Positions 8,746 to 17,831 of a stretch of DNA of 53,681 nt are shown here, piece by piece; the stretch's first letter is position 1; each line of letters opens with the position of its first letter. The stretch is from a virus. Lineage: Duplodnaviria; Caudoviricetes. Both the position numbers and the translations under genes were made by a program. The stretch spans positions 1-53,681 of IMG/VR virus record IMGVR_UViG_3300049448_000145, one strand, 5' to 3'. The notes under the pieces are model-generated. The model was given only the letters and a program-made list of their open reading frames with translations. It was not told where the DNA came from and searched no databases.

Positions 8746-9003
8746 ATGCACCAAGGATTCACGGACAACGATCTCCGACTGCTCGAATCGGAACCCGGCT
8801 ACCGCAGCTCCGACCCCACCGACGAGCCCGAGCCCATCGCCCTCGGCGCGGCAACGCTGGAGACGATTCGGGGCCACCTGACCCGCACCACCGACGGCCG
8901 CTGCAAGGACTGCCGCTCCACGATCGCCCGGGGTGACGTGATGTTCATCGAGGGTGACCGCCTGTGCCGCCCGTGCGCGTCCGACCGGAAGGTGACGCCG
9001 TGA
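8746..9003 (+). CDS. Small zinc-finger protein
   Basis: CKDC...CRPC. Confidence 0.55.
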   Translation: MHQGFTDNDLRLLESEPGYRSSDPTDEPEPIALGAATLETIRGHLTRTTDGRCKDCRSTIARGDVMFIEGDRLCRPCASDRKVTP

Positions 9004-9392
9004 GCGGGCGGGCGAGCGGCATCCGCCACGCCATCGACTACGCCCGCCGCGCGCGGGCGGCGCTGGCGGTCGGGAATATCGGGGCCGCGCTCATCCACTG
9101 GGGCCACGCGCGGTGTCACGCCGGGTTCACGGCGGGGCTTACCGAGGGCTCGCGGACGTCCGCCGCATCCGCCCTCCTACGCCGGTCCCTCCTGGCCCTC
9201 GGAGAGCGCCTGGAACGGGCCGTGGCGCCCCGGGCGAAGGTGCCAGGCTGGGAAGTTGCCGGGGCCGTGATGGATGCCCTGTTGCCGCTGTGGGACGCGT
9301 TCCCTGAGATCGGCGCGGCAGCACTGGCGGACGTTGCGGCGAACGCGGCCGCGACAATCTCGCGCCGGTATGTCGTCACGGAGCGGGCGTGA
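9000..9392 (+). CDS. Hypothetical protein
   Basis: GTGA coupling. Confidence 0.5.
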   Translation: MSGRASGIRHAIDYARRARAALAVGNIGAALIHWGHARCHAGFTAGLTEGSRTSAASALLRRSLLALGERLERAVAPRAKVPGWEVAGAVMDALLPLWDAFPEIGAAALADVAANAAATISRRYVVTERA

Positions 9393-9462
9393 CGCCGTGC
9401 GGAGTTTTCCACGCGTTATCAGCCTCGATGTTTCGCGTGCAACTGAACAAAGTAATTTCAAC

Positions 9463-9669
9463 ATGAGGCCACAAACGAAGCGAGGGACCGAGCCGCCCGA
9501 TCGGCTGCGGCAGGCGGCGCAGGATCTCGTTGACGAGCTTGGCGACCGCGCGGCGGCGCTCGAACTGCGGATGGCGCGGGGAACGCTCTCCCGGGTGCTC
9601 GCCGGCCAGCCGCTCAACGAAGGGACGCTGGCGCTGCTCGAACTGCGCTTCGGGAGGGCCGCGTCGTGA
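9463..9669 (+). CDS. Cro-like HTH protein
   Basis: GDRAAALELRMARGTLSRVLAG HTH pattern; AT-rich upstream region. Confidence 0.65.
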   Translation: MRPQTKRGTEPPDRLRQAAQDLVDELGDRAAALELRMARGTLSRVLAGQPLNEGTLALLELRFGRAAS

Positions 9670-9908
9670 CCTGGGTCATTCTCTCCGCTCTCGTGGTCGG
9701 CCTTGGGCTGGGCTTCGCCTACGGCAGCAGCGTCGCCACCCGTCGGGAGCGTGCCGGCCGGGTCGACGATATCGAAGCGGCGTGGGATCGGGGCCTGCAG
9801 GCCGGGGCCGACGACCTGGCGAACGCGTACCTCGCCGCGGCGGCGCGCGCGCCTGATCCGTTCGAAGCCTGGCCGGCCCTGGCCCCGCGTGAACGGTGGC
9901 CATCATGA
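9666..9908 (+). CDS. Small membrane protein
   Basis: N-terminal TM helix. Confidence 0.55.
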   Translation: MTWVILSALVVGLGLGFAYGSSVATRRERAGRVDDIEAAWDRGLQAGADDLANAYLAAAARAPDPFEAWPALAPRERWPS

Positions 9909-10144
9909 AACGCGAAGTGAAGCTGGACACCGGGGTGCGCCTCGTGATCGAGACGATCTTCGCGACGTCCGCCCGGGGGACGCTGACCGACGACACGAGC
10001 GGCCACGTGCTCGGATTCTCACTGGAGAAGACGCCCGACGACGTTGTCGAGAGCGCTTGTACCCGGCTCGTGGGACTGAACCGGGGAGACGAAGCAGCGG
10101 CCCTGCTGAGGCATTGGAACGCGACGAAATCCGCAGTGACGTAA
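9905..10144 (+). CDS. Hypothetical protein
   Basis: ATGA coupling. Confidence 0.5.
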   Translation: MKREVKLDTGVRLVIETIFATSARGTLTDDTSGHVLGFSLEKTPDDVVESACTRLVGLNRGDEAAALLRHWNATKSAVT

Positions 10145-10167
10145 CGACAGAAAAGGGGACCACGGCC

Positions 10168-11070
10168 ATGCTGAAAATCACGAAGGCATCAGAGGCAATC
10201 GAGGTGAAGACGATCACGGCGGCGCTCTACGCCGTGCCGGGCGTCGGAAAAACGTCGATGGGATTCACGGCGGAGGCGCCGCTGCTGCTGGACTTCGACC
10301 GCGGGAGCTACCGCGCGGCGAACCGCGGCGACGTCGTCCAGATCGAACGATGGGCGGACGTCATGGGCATCACGGCCGACGATCTGAAGGCCTACAAGAC
10401 GCTCGTAGTCGACACGGCCGGGCGGGCGCTCGACTGCCTGACCGCGCACATCATCGCGGGCAACCCGAAGCTGGGGCGCGGCGGATCGCTCACGTTGCCG
10501 GGCTACGGCGAGCTCAAGTCGACGTTCGTCGCGTGGACGAAATACGTTCGGTCGTTCGGCCTCGACGTCGTGCTGCTGTCGCACTCGGACGAGCAGCGGA
10601 ACGGCGACGAGCTGATCGAGCGGCTCGACATGCAAGGCGGCTCGAAGAACGAGATCTATAAGGCCGCCGACCTGATGGGGCGGATCTACCTGAGCGGCCA
10701 GAAGCGCATGCTCAATTTCTCCCCGACGGACACATCGTTCGGGAAGAACCCGGCGCAGTTCTCTCCGTTCGAGGTCCCGGACTTCGCCGCCACGCCCGAC
10801 TTCCTGGCCGGCGTGATCGCGCAGACGAAAGCCGCGCTCAACAAGATGTCGGTCAACCAAGGCGCGCTGGCCGCGAAGCTGACGGATTGGCAGACGGCGA
10901 TCGCGGACGTCGAAGGCGTCGAGGCATTCAACGAGATCCTCCCCGGTGTGAAGAAGGCCGAGGCGTCGATCAAGGACAGCGTTTGGCGCCTGCTCGTGAA
11001 GGCAGCGAAGACGCAGGGGTTCACCTTCAACCGCGGCGCGGGCGCGTTCGAGGCGAAGGCGGCAGCGTGA
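10168..11070 (+). CDS. AAA_24 / Sak4-like recombination ATPase
   Basis: Walker A AVPGVGKTS, LLLDFDRG, Walker B LVVDT, GYGEL, DLMGRI. Confidence 0.82.
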   Translation: MLKITKASEAIEVKTITAALYAVPGVGKTSMGFTAEAPLLLDFDRGSYRAANRGDVVQIERWADVMGITADDLKAYKTLVVDTAGRALDCLTAHIIAGNPKLGRGGSLTLPGYGELKSTFVAWTKYVRSFGLDVVLLSHSDEQRNGDELIERLDMQGGSKNEIYKAADLMGRIYLSGQKRMLNFSPTDTSFGKNPAQFSPFEVPDFAATPDFLAGVIAQTKAALNKMSVNQGALAAKLTDWQTAIADVEGVEAFNEILPGVKKAEASIKDSVWRLLVKAAKTQGFTFNRGAGAFEAKAAA

Positions 11071-11663
11071 TCCGGCTGTCGGTGACCGACTTGGAGTCGT
11101 ACCGCTGGTGGAAAGACCGGGAGGACTCCGATCTGTCGACGCTACTGGCTCAACTCGCGCACACCGACACGCCCACGCCCGCGATGGAGGCGGGCCGGGC
11201 GTTCGCGAAACTGTTCGAGACGGCGCAGCACGGTGAAATCTTCTCGTGCTCCGTCGACGGGTGGGGCTTCACGTTCGACCTCGACGAAGAGATCGCGATC
11301 CCCGACGTGCGCGAGCTGAAAGCGGAGCAGATTTTCAACACGCCACATGGGCCGGTCACGCTCGTGGGCAAGGTCGACGGCTTCGACGGGACCGTCTACG
11401 ACCAGAAGCTCACGGAGCGCTTCGACATCGAGGGCAAGTACACGGACAGCCTCCAGTGGCGGGCCTACCTGGTGATGTTCGACGCGCAGCGGTTTCTCTA
11501 CGACGTGTTCGTCGGGCGCAGGGATGACGCCCGGAAGGACGTCACGATCTACGAGTACCACCGGGTTCCGTTCTACGCGTATCCGAGCATGCGAGCGGAC
11601 GTCGAGCGGGCGGTGTGCGAGCTGGCCGCGATCGTCGCGACCTATGGAGTCAAGGCCGCGTGA
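11067..11663 (+). CDS. PD-(D/E)XK exonuclease-like protein
   Basis: AMEAGRAF, LVGKVDG, YDQK, SLQWRAYL motifs; partner position next to Sak4-like gene. Confidence 0.72.
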   Translation: MIRLSVTDLESYRWWKDREDSDLSTLLAQLAHTDTPTPAMEAGRAFAKLFETAQHGEIFSCSVDGWGFTFDLDEEIAIPDVRELKAEQIFNTPHGPVTLVGKVDGFDGTVYDQKLTERFDIEGKYTDSLQWRAYLVMFDAQRFLYDVFVGRRDDARKDVTIYEYHRVPFYAYPSMRADVERAVCELAAIVATYGVKAA

Positions 11664-12121
11664 CGTTCGTGATCAAAGGCGCCCCGCGGACGAAGAAAAA
11701 TAGTCTCCGCCGTATCAAGCGCGGCCGTCGCGTGTTCACCGTGCCGAGCCTGGCTCATGAGGCATGGGCCGTCGTCGCGATCGCGCAACTGCGGCGCCAA
11801 TACCGGCCGGACGTCGTGCGCTGGATCGGAGTCGACAACGCGGCCGGCGCGGTCACGAGCGGCAAGGGTCCGATCGTCACGGACGTGAACATGCGCGCGA
11901 TCGTGTACCGCGAGCGTGCGGGGCGGGCCGATCTCTTAAATTTTCTCGCGGCCGTCTCGGATGCGCTCGAGGCGGCAGGCGTGCTGAAAGACGACAAGCA
12001 AGTGGCGTCGGTGGACGGCTCGCGCCTGCGCATCGACCGGCAACGCCCGCGGGTAGAAATCGAGCTCACCCCGGCTGCCACGCCCTCCCCCAGTAGGAAT
12101 CAGGAAGGGGCTGGGACGTGA
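11660..12121 (+). CDS. rusA: RusA-like Holliday junction resolvase
   Basis: GAPRTKKN N-terminus; ADLLNFLAAVSDALEAAGVLKDDKQV; PRVEIEL. Confidence 0.8.
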   Translation: MTFVIKGAPRTKKNSLRRIKRGRRVFTVPSLAHEAWAVVAIAQLRRQYRPDVVRWIGVDNAAGAVTSGKGPIVTDVNMRAIVYRERAGRADLLNFLAAVSDALEAAGVLKDDKQVASVDGSRLRIDRQRPRVEIELTPAATPSPSRNQEGAGT

Positions 12122-12387
12122 GCCTGGTGAACGGCAAATACGTCTATCCCGGCCGCAATTGCAAGGCTGGCAACGACTGCCGTTCGTGCCCGACGTTCCG
12201 TTGCCGGGCCTGCGGCAAACAGCGCCCCTGGTGCGTCGGCGCCAGCGACCCGCACCCGGACTGGTGCTCAACATGCTACGTCAGTCGGCACCGCCGGTTG
12301 CGCGGGAGGTTTTGCGGCGCACGCGGCTGCGACGAGCACGGAATGTTCGAGCCCCGCGCGCGGAATCAGGAAGGGGTAGGAGGGTGA
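12118..12387 (+). CDS. Cys-rich hypothetical protein
   Basis: Several CxxC motifs; bracketed by 15-bp direct repeats. Confidence 0.5.
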   Translation: MSLVNGKYVYPGRNCKAGNDCRSCPTFRCRACGKQRPWCVGASDPHPDWCSTCYVSRHRRLRGRFCGARGCDEHGMFEPRARNQEGVGG

Positions 12388-12629
12388 GCGCGAACCTGTC
12401 CCTTTTCGACGAGCCCGCATCAACGTGGGAGCGCGTGGCCAAGTTCTGGGCGCCCGCCGCCGCGCTGGCCGACCGGCACTACTCCCGCCGCACACCTTGC
12501 AGGTGTAAGTTCGAAAACGAACGCGACGAGGCCCGCGCCGCAGTCGCCACCCTCCAGGCTGATAACGACCGCTTCCGGAAGGCACTGGAGGCGACGCCCG
12601 GCACCCGTCCTCCCCAGGAGACGCGATGA
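12384..12629 (+). pseudogene. Chimeric or truncated ORF (ALADRHYSRRTP N-terminus joined to a coiled-coil tail)
   Basis: C-terminal VATLQA and RFRKALEATP segments are shared with ORFs at 13329 and 16323. Confidence 0.4.
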
Positions 12630-13066
12630 GCGAGACGTTTGATAACGACGCGATGAACAAGGTGATCGGGCTGCTGGCGATGAGCGCATATCAGCTTTGG
12701 ATCGCGATGTTGCACGGTGGCGATGTCCCGTCGCACGACGTGATGCGGGCGCGGATGAAGGCGCCTGAAGTCGGCGACATCGTCATGGAGACAAGTACCA
12801 TTGGCCATCGCATCCGCGACCACGTGCGGATCGGGCGTCTGCTGCGTGTCACCCGCGAGCCGGTGTTCACGCCGGAAAAGTGGGCCGAAGGCGGAGGAAC
12901 GCCGGACGAGCCTATCCCCGACGAACGCGTGGTCTACATCAAGCCACTTGTCGCCGATGTTCCCGGCGGGGAATACCGATGGACGAATGCCGACTTCATC
13001 GTCGTAGCCGAAGACCCGTGGAAATTCCCGCGCGACCCCGGGCAGACGAAAGGAGAGCCACGATGA
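12626..13066 (+). CDS. Hypothetical protein
   Basis: AGGAG RBS, ATGA coupling. Confidence 0.6.
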   Translation: MSETFDNDAMNKVIGLLAMSAYQLWIAMLHGGDVPSHDVMRARMKAPEVGDIVMETSTIGHRIRDHVRIGRLLRVTREPVFTPEKWAEGGGTPDEPIPDERVVYIKPLVADVPGGEYRWTNADFIVVAEDPWKFPRDPGQTKGEPR

Positions 13067-13332
13067 CGACGAGGGAACGCCTCCGCGTGATTGCCGACCG
13101 CCTGGATGCGCTAGCGAAGTGCGAAGTGTTTGACGGTGGCTGTATGCCCGAGGACGCCGCCGCCCTCCGAGCGCTGGCTGACAAGCTGGATGCTGAGACG
13201 GTTGCGGCCTCACGCATGATGGAGAGCGGCGACGCTACACGGCAGCGGCGATACCAGGCCGCCACGGACCTTGACTTGCTCACCCGCCTTGACGCCCCCG
13301 CCGACCCAGCCCTACAGAAGGAGCCGCGATGA
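13063..13332 (+). CDS. Hypothetical protein, paralog of 17520-17831
   Basis: Shared RExLR, ALADxLDA and RLDA motifs. Confidence 0.55.
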   Translation: MTTRERLRVIADRLDALAKCEVFDGGCMPEDAAALRALADKLDAETVAASRMMESGDATRQRRYQAATDLDLLTRLDAPADPALQKEPR

Positions 13333-13619
13333 GCGACGAGGCACGCATTCGAGAGGATGCCGAGCGAGCTTGGTTACTGGAGCGGGCGGCTCGCGATGAA
13401 ATCAACGGGCTCCGCTCCCAGGTCGCCACCCTCCAGGCTGAGAGGGACGCGCTCAAACGAGGGGATTCGCCCTGCGTTGACGACGACGGGACACCGTTCG
13501 CTTCCGCACGCACGTGGTGCAGTGGTGTCGCGTTCCCTTCGGTCGTCTCCGCGGCAACGTTCGCCCGAAATATTGCTCGCCCAAGTGCTTCAACCGGGCC
13601 CGCTACCGGAAGCGACTGA
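13329..13619 (+). CDS. Hypothetical coiled-coil protein
   Basis: AAGGAG RBS. Confidence 0.5.
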   Translation: MSDEARIREDAERAWLLERAARDEINGLRSQVATLQAERDALKRGDSPCVDDDGTPFASARTWCSGVAFPSVVSAATFARNIARPSASTGPATGSD

Positions 13620-13677
13620 CGCCCCGCACACCCCCTATACCGACACCTAACGCAGCGACAACCGACAGGAGCGACCG

Positions 13678-13974
13678 ATGAAGAAAGCAACGAACGGCAA
13701 AAGCGAGCAGGCGGTCATCGTGACCACGGAGCACCGGGGCGTGTTCTTCGGTTACGCGACGGACATCGCGGGCGAGACAATCGAATTGAAACGGGCGCGG
13801 CTCTGCGTCTACTGGAGCGCCGACATCAAGGGCTTCATGGGGCTTGCGGCGGGCGGCCCATCGGCATCGTGCAAGGTCGGCCCGGCCGCTGACATCGTGC
13901 TCAGGAAAATCACGGCGGTCCTGTCGGTCACGCCGGAGGCGGTGGCCAAGTGGGAGTCGGCGCCGTGGAGGTAG
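13678..13974 (+). CDS. Conserved phage protein (DUF6948-like), usual neighbour of GYG-rich proteins
   Basis: VIVTTEHRGVFFG...ARLCVYWS...GLAAGGP pattern, recognised from memory. Confidence 0.65.
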   Translation: MKKATNGKSEQAVIVTTEHRGVFFGYATDIAGETIELKRARLCVYWSADIKGFMGLAAGGPSASCKVGPAADIVLRKITAVLSVTPEAVAKWESAPWR

Positions 13975-14498
13975 AAGTTCTGCGCGGCGAAGCGCCCAAG
14001 AACGGGGACGGGGACGGGGACGGGTACGGGTACGGGTCCGGGGACGGGTACGGGGACGGGTCCGGGTCCGGGTACGGGTCCGGGTACGGGGACGGGTCCG
14101 GGTCCGGGTACGGGTCCGGGTACGGGTACGGGGACGGGTACGGGTCCGGGTCCGGGTACGGGGACGGGTACGGGTACGGGGACGGGTACGGGTATGGGTA
14201 CGGGTACGGGTACGGGGACGGGTACGGGGACGGGTACGGGTACGGGTACGGGGACGGGTCCGGGTCCGGGGACGGGTACGGGGACGGGTCCGGGTACGAT
14301 CTCGTCGCCTGCAAGCCTGGCCAGACGCCCGTGACCGCCGCTGACCTGAAACGTGCGGATGCCTGCGCCGAAGCCGTGCGAGCATTTTCGAAAGCCTTCC
14401 CCGATGGCGGAATCTGGCCCGACGACATCGCCAAGGCCGAGGCCGCTGGACTGGACGTCAACTGGTGCCGGCGACTCGGGCTACTGAGGCCACTGTGA
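13965..14498 (+). CDS. Gly-(Tyr/Asp/Ser) dipeptide repeat protein
   Basis: 49 G-X dipeptides followed by a small C-terminal domain (ADLKRADAC...F...FPDG). Confidence 0.75.
   Translation: MEVEVLRGEAPKNGDGDGDGYGYGSGDGYGDGSGSGYGSGYGDGSGSGYGSGYGYGDGYGSGSGYGDGYGYGDGYGYGYGYGYGDGYGDGYGYGYGDGSGSGDGYGDGSGYDLVACKPGQTPVTAADLKRADACAEAVRAFSKAFPDGGIWPDDIAKAEAAGLDVNWCRRLGLLRPL
14004..14297 (+). repeat. Hexamer tract (GGGTAC/GGGGAC/GGGTCC) x49
   Basis: 294 bp with strict 6-bp period; one GGGTAT variant. Confidence 0.95.
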
Positions 14499-14532
14499 CC
14501 GCGAGCAACAACGAGAGAGAGGGAGGGAGCGA

Positions 14533-14841
14533 ATGAGCGCGGCATCAGGTGAGAGCGGCTGCGACTACACCGCGGTTTGTACGCCAGGCCCCGGCGAGCA
14601 ATGTGGACGGGTTGCGGGGCGGCCATCCCACGGCTGCCTGTGCCCCTGTCATCCAGACGGGCTGGGAGCCGAGAAACCTGAGGACTGGAAGCCGGGCCCG
14701 ATTCACGTCGAGGCGTTGAAGGCACTGGAGGACATCGCCGAACGCCACGGGCTGGAGGCGTGCGACCCCGGCGGCGAGTGCTACTTCCCGCGCTGTCTTG
14801 CTGACGGCTGCGAAGCTGAACCGAAAGGAGGCGACGAATGA
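14533..14841 (+). CDS. Cys-rich hypothetical protein
   Basis: Bracketed by a 28-bp repeat; N-terminus MSAASGES. Confidence 0.55.
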   Translation: MSAASGESGCDYTAVCTPGPGEQCGRVAGRPSHGCLCPCHPDGLGAEKPEDWKPGPIHVEALKALEDIAERHGLEACDPGGECYFPRCLADGCEAEPKGGDE

Positions 14842-15281
14842 GCGCGGCAGCAGGTGAGAGCGAGAGACCGGCACGGCCGACGGAGTACGCGAAGGGCCAG
14901 CGCTGGAACTGGCGAGACGTGCCACGCTGGACGCACATCACGCTGACCCGGCCATCTCCCAATGGCTGGTACGCGCTAAATGACCGTGGCAATGAAGACG
15001 GCCACTTCGGCTGGTCGATGCTGGAGGAGTGCACCTACCTCGGCGGTCCCTCACCGGCTGTACCCCAGGAGGGGCCCGCGAGGCCGAAGGCTGGGGAGCG
15101 CTGGATTCTCGGCCACTGCGGCTGCGTCGGAGTCACGACCGGCATTGAGGACCGGGGATTCGGCGGCTACGGCCCCGGCTACCGCTTGCAGGAGGAATTC
15201 GCCTGCACGACGCGGCCGAACACGAATCATGTCCTGCTGGCGATGGGATCGAGCGGCGCGTTCGCCCGGCTCCGAGCGTGA
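14838..15281 (+). CDS. Hypothetical protein
   Basis: AAGGAGG RBS; N-terminus MSAAAGES. Confidence 0.55.
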   Translation: MSAAAGESERPARPTEYAKGQRWNWRDVPRWTHITLTRPSPNGWYALNDRGNEDGHFGWSMLEECTYLGGPSPAVPQEGPARPKAGERWILGHCGCVGVTTGIEDRGFGGYGPGYRLQEEFACTTRPNTNHVLLAMGSSGAFARLRA

Positions 15282-15517
15282 CGCCCGCGACGCCGACGCC
15301 GACGAAGCCGCGAGCATGTACCGTCAGTCCGACCAGTGCGACCCCCCGAGGCGCTGTCAGGACCGGGCTTGCCCGATGCTTACGGTTACGTCGGGAACAC
15401 GACGGCCCTCCGGGCCATCCCAGGGATGCGAACAGAGCCAGAACCGGCGCAAGAGCCGTGGCGTTGCAGCGTGGATGAGGACCACTGGATTCCAGGGGTC
15501 GGGGAGAGAGGCTGGCG

Positions 15518-16018
15518 ATGATGGCGGTTCGTCCATTGCCGATCAAGACAGCGCTTAAGTTCTGCCGTGCCGTGCATCGGCGGCTGCCCATCGTCGTCGG
15601 CGGAATGTGGTCGCTTGGCCTGGAAGACGGCGAGGCGCTGCGAGGGGTGGCGATTGTCGGCCGCCCGTCTGCGCGGCTGATGGACAACGGGAAGCGCCTG
15701 GAGGTCACTCGCGTGGCCGTGGAGCCCGGCGCGAAGAACGGATGCTCAATGCTCTACGGAGCTGCGTCGAGGGCCGGGAAGGCGATGGGAGCGCGCGACA
15801 TGTTCACATACATCCACGGCGACGAGTTAGGCATTAGCCTCAAAGCCTCTGGTTGGGTTGAGGACAAAGCGCCGACCGACGGCGGGCAATGGTCGCGCAG
15901 CGGTCGCCAGCGCGAACTCGCCATCGACCCGAACCCGAAGCGACGTTGGTGGACACCCTGGTCGGAATACCTACGCGCAGCCACCCCAGGGACAGCGGGT
16001 ACACGGGGGACGCGATGA
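15518..16018 (+). CDS. XF1762-family GNAT-fold protein (Mom-like DNA-modification candidate)
   Basis: HRRL...GVAIVGRPSAR...LEVTRV...NGCSMLYGAA...TY...GISLKASGW. Confidence 0.75.
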   Translation: MMAVRPLPIKTALKFCRAVHRRLPIVVGGMWSLGLEDGEALRGVAIVGRPSARLMDNGKRLEVTRVAVEPGAKNGCSMLYGAASRAGKAMGARDMFTYIHGDELGISLKASGWVEDKAPTDGGQWSRSGRQRELAIDPNPKRRWWTPWSEYLRAATPGTAGTRGTR

Positions 16019-16326
16019 ACGAACAATTTTACGGCGCTGAATTGTCGCCCGAAGTCGAAGCCGCACTGGCGGCGTGCGGGCGCGACCGCGTGTTCCACTC
16101 CACCGCTGGGTGGATAGCAATCCGCTGGGAGGAGCCAACGAGGCCGGCCAAGGCCGAATGGCTGACCGTAAAGCCGGAGACGCCAGGGGAAGGCCACGAT
16201 TCTTGCGGCAGGAGGGCGGCGCTCGAATTCGCCAAACGCCTACGCGAAGTGGCAGCCGCCCTCGTTGCTCAGGCTGAATCAATCGAACGACCACTTCTCG
16301 GCGGGACAGCGGGTACACGACGATGA
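16015..16326 (+). CDS. Hypothetical protein
   Basis: ATGA coupling; bracketed by a 17-bp repeat. Confidence 0.55.
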   Translation: MNEQFYGAELSPEVEAALAACGRDRVFHSTAGWIAIRWEEPTRPAKAEWLTVKPETPGEGHDSCGRRAALEFAKRLREVAAALVAQAESIERPLLGGTAGTRR

Positions 16327-16502
16327 ACTACGGACCGGTTTCTCCGGAGCGATTGATCCAGGGCTATCTTTCCACCATTGAGCGGCTGGAGCGGACCCTA
16401 AAGCGCTCGCGCGAGGACTTGCGCTTCCGGAAGGCGCTGGATGCGACACCGGACCAGTCGCCGATACGGACCGCCGCTCCACCCGAGGGAGGGAAGCCTT
16501 GA
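16323..16502 (+). CDS. Hypothetical protein, 59 aa (not in ORF track)
   Basis: MNYGPVSPERLIQ...RFRKALDATP...; coupled at both ends. Confidence 0.5.
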   Translation: MNYGPVSPERLIQGYLSTIERLERTLKRSREDLRFRKALDATPDQSPIRTAAPPEGGKP

Positions 16503-17107
16503 CGAAACCAGAACACGAAGTGAGCCGCGAGGACGTGCTGGGCGTGGCCTGTCCGGTGTGCACCGCTGCTCCTGGCTCGACGCTCGGCCAAGTCGGTGAG
16601 CCGTGCTGCGACGTCGGCGGGGGGCGCGTGCAGATGGTTTGCATCGCTCGTGTCGAAGCAGCCCGCGCCACTCCCCAGTCGCCCGCCGCGCCCCACGAAT
16701 GCCCGTCATGCGACCTGACCGACATCGCTCGGGCCATCGTTCGCATGATGGAACTGGGCGACTACGGCGAGCGGTGCATTCCGGTGGTCGCGGGCATCCT
16801 TGGCGACTGGCTCGATGACAGCCGCGCCCGCCTTCGCACAGTCGAGCAGGAGAGAGACCGGCTGTTAGGCGTTGTCGACGGCATATTCCAGGACTTCGAA
16901 GACCTGCTGGTAGTCGCGACGAAGGACGTAGACGCCGACGGATTCGTGTCCGCGTACCACTTCAAGACGGGCGCGATCCACCGAATGCTCGGGAAGGTCA
17001 GGCAGCGATACGGCCTCACCACCCCGGTAGCCAGCCCTCCCCAGGGGATACCCGAGGGAGGGACGATGCGCGATTCCTGCGGCTACCCGAAGAAGGATAC
17101 GCCGTAA
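16499..17107 (+). CDS. Multi-module hypothetical protein with N-terminal zinc finger
   Basis: CPVCTAAPG...PC motif; CPSC. Confidence 0.5.
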   Translation: MTKPEHEVSREDVLGVACPVCTAAPGSTLGQVGEPCCDVGGGRVQMVCIARVEAARATPQSPAAPHECPSCDLTDIARAIVRMMELGDYGERCIPVVAGILGDWLDDSRARLRTVEQERDRLLGVVDGIFQDFEDLLVVATKDVDADGFVSAYHFKTGAIHRMLGKVRQRYGLTTPVASPPQGIPEGGTMRDSCGYPKKDTP

Positions 17108-17523
17108 TGGCCGGCAACGAGTACGTCCCAGGGCAGGAACCGGACGAGGATACCCGCGCGGACTGGTGGATCGTCGCCGTCGTCGCGCTGATCACGGTCG
17201 CCGCGATCGGATGGGCTGTCGTCGGCTGCTATCCGAAACCGCCGGTCAACCCGCCGAGCTGCGCGGAGGACCCGACCAGCGCTTGGTGCGTTCCGCCGGC
17301 ATTCGCGGCAGCGCCGGACGGCGGCGCGCGCGGCTGCCGATCGGTACGCTTCCGCACGGGTAAAATCATGGCGTCATGCGACGACGATGAGCCGGCCGGC
17401 CCCGGCGTTGATCTGGTGATCGACGCACGCGGTACGACATGGTCAGCCTGTGCGTGGAACGGCTGCGGGCTCAACCCGGGCTGCCGCGCGAAGGTAATGC
17501 GTCAAGACGGCGGCGCGCGATGA
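17107..17523 (+). CDS. Membrane or lipoprotein, Cys-rich with DGG motifs
   Basis: TM segment ending VVGC; PDGG and QDGG. Confidence 0.55.
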   Translation: MAGNEYVPGQEPDEDTRADWWIVAVVALITVAAIGWAVVGCYPKPPVNPPSCAEDPTSAWCVPPAFAAAPDGGARGCRSVRFRTGKIMASCDDDEPAGPGVDLVIDARGTTWSACAWNGCGLNPGCRAKVMRQDGGAR

Positions 17524-17831
17524 GGGCGAGAGAGACGCTACGGAACGCCGCCAAGCTGATCGAATGCGTGTGGGGCAACGAATGCCGAGAGGCTGGATGC
17601 CGGGCGCACAGCACCGCCGTCGCCCTGAGCGCTCTCGCTGACAGGCTGGATGCGCTGGAACGCGACGTTGGAGACCGCCGACGAGCGCTCAACAACTCGG
17701 TCGGCCTTGGCTTCCTGCGGGTCGACCATGGCGAGGGCGAATCGCAGCACCGGGAAATCGGGACACTCGAAGCCGCGGTGTCCCGCCTCGACGCTGACCT
17801 GGCCCCCACCCCTACAGGAAGGGCGAGATGA
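17520..17831 (+). CDS. Hypothetical protein, paralog of 13063-13332
   Basis: ALADRLDALE...SRLDA. Confidence 0.55.
   Translation: MRARETLRNAAKLIECVWGNECREAGCRAHSTAVALSALADRLDALERDVGDRRRALNNSVGLGFLRVDHGEGESQHREIGTLEAAVSRLDADLAPTPTGRAR

Noticed and set aside
14004-14297. CRISPR array or DGR template/variable repeat
   Set aside because: No repeat-spacer structure, no cas genes and no reverse transcriptase recognised anywhere in the window
13603-15034. Arg-Thr, Arg-Val and Pro-Tyr repeat ORFs (13603-14385 -, 13844-14344 +, 13928-15034 -)
   Set aside because: Shadow frames of the stop-free hexamer tract; only the Gly-X frame has an RBS and operon coupling
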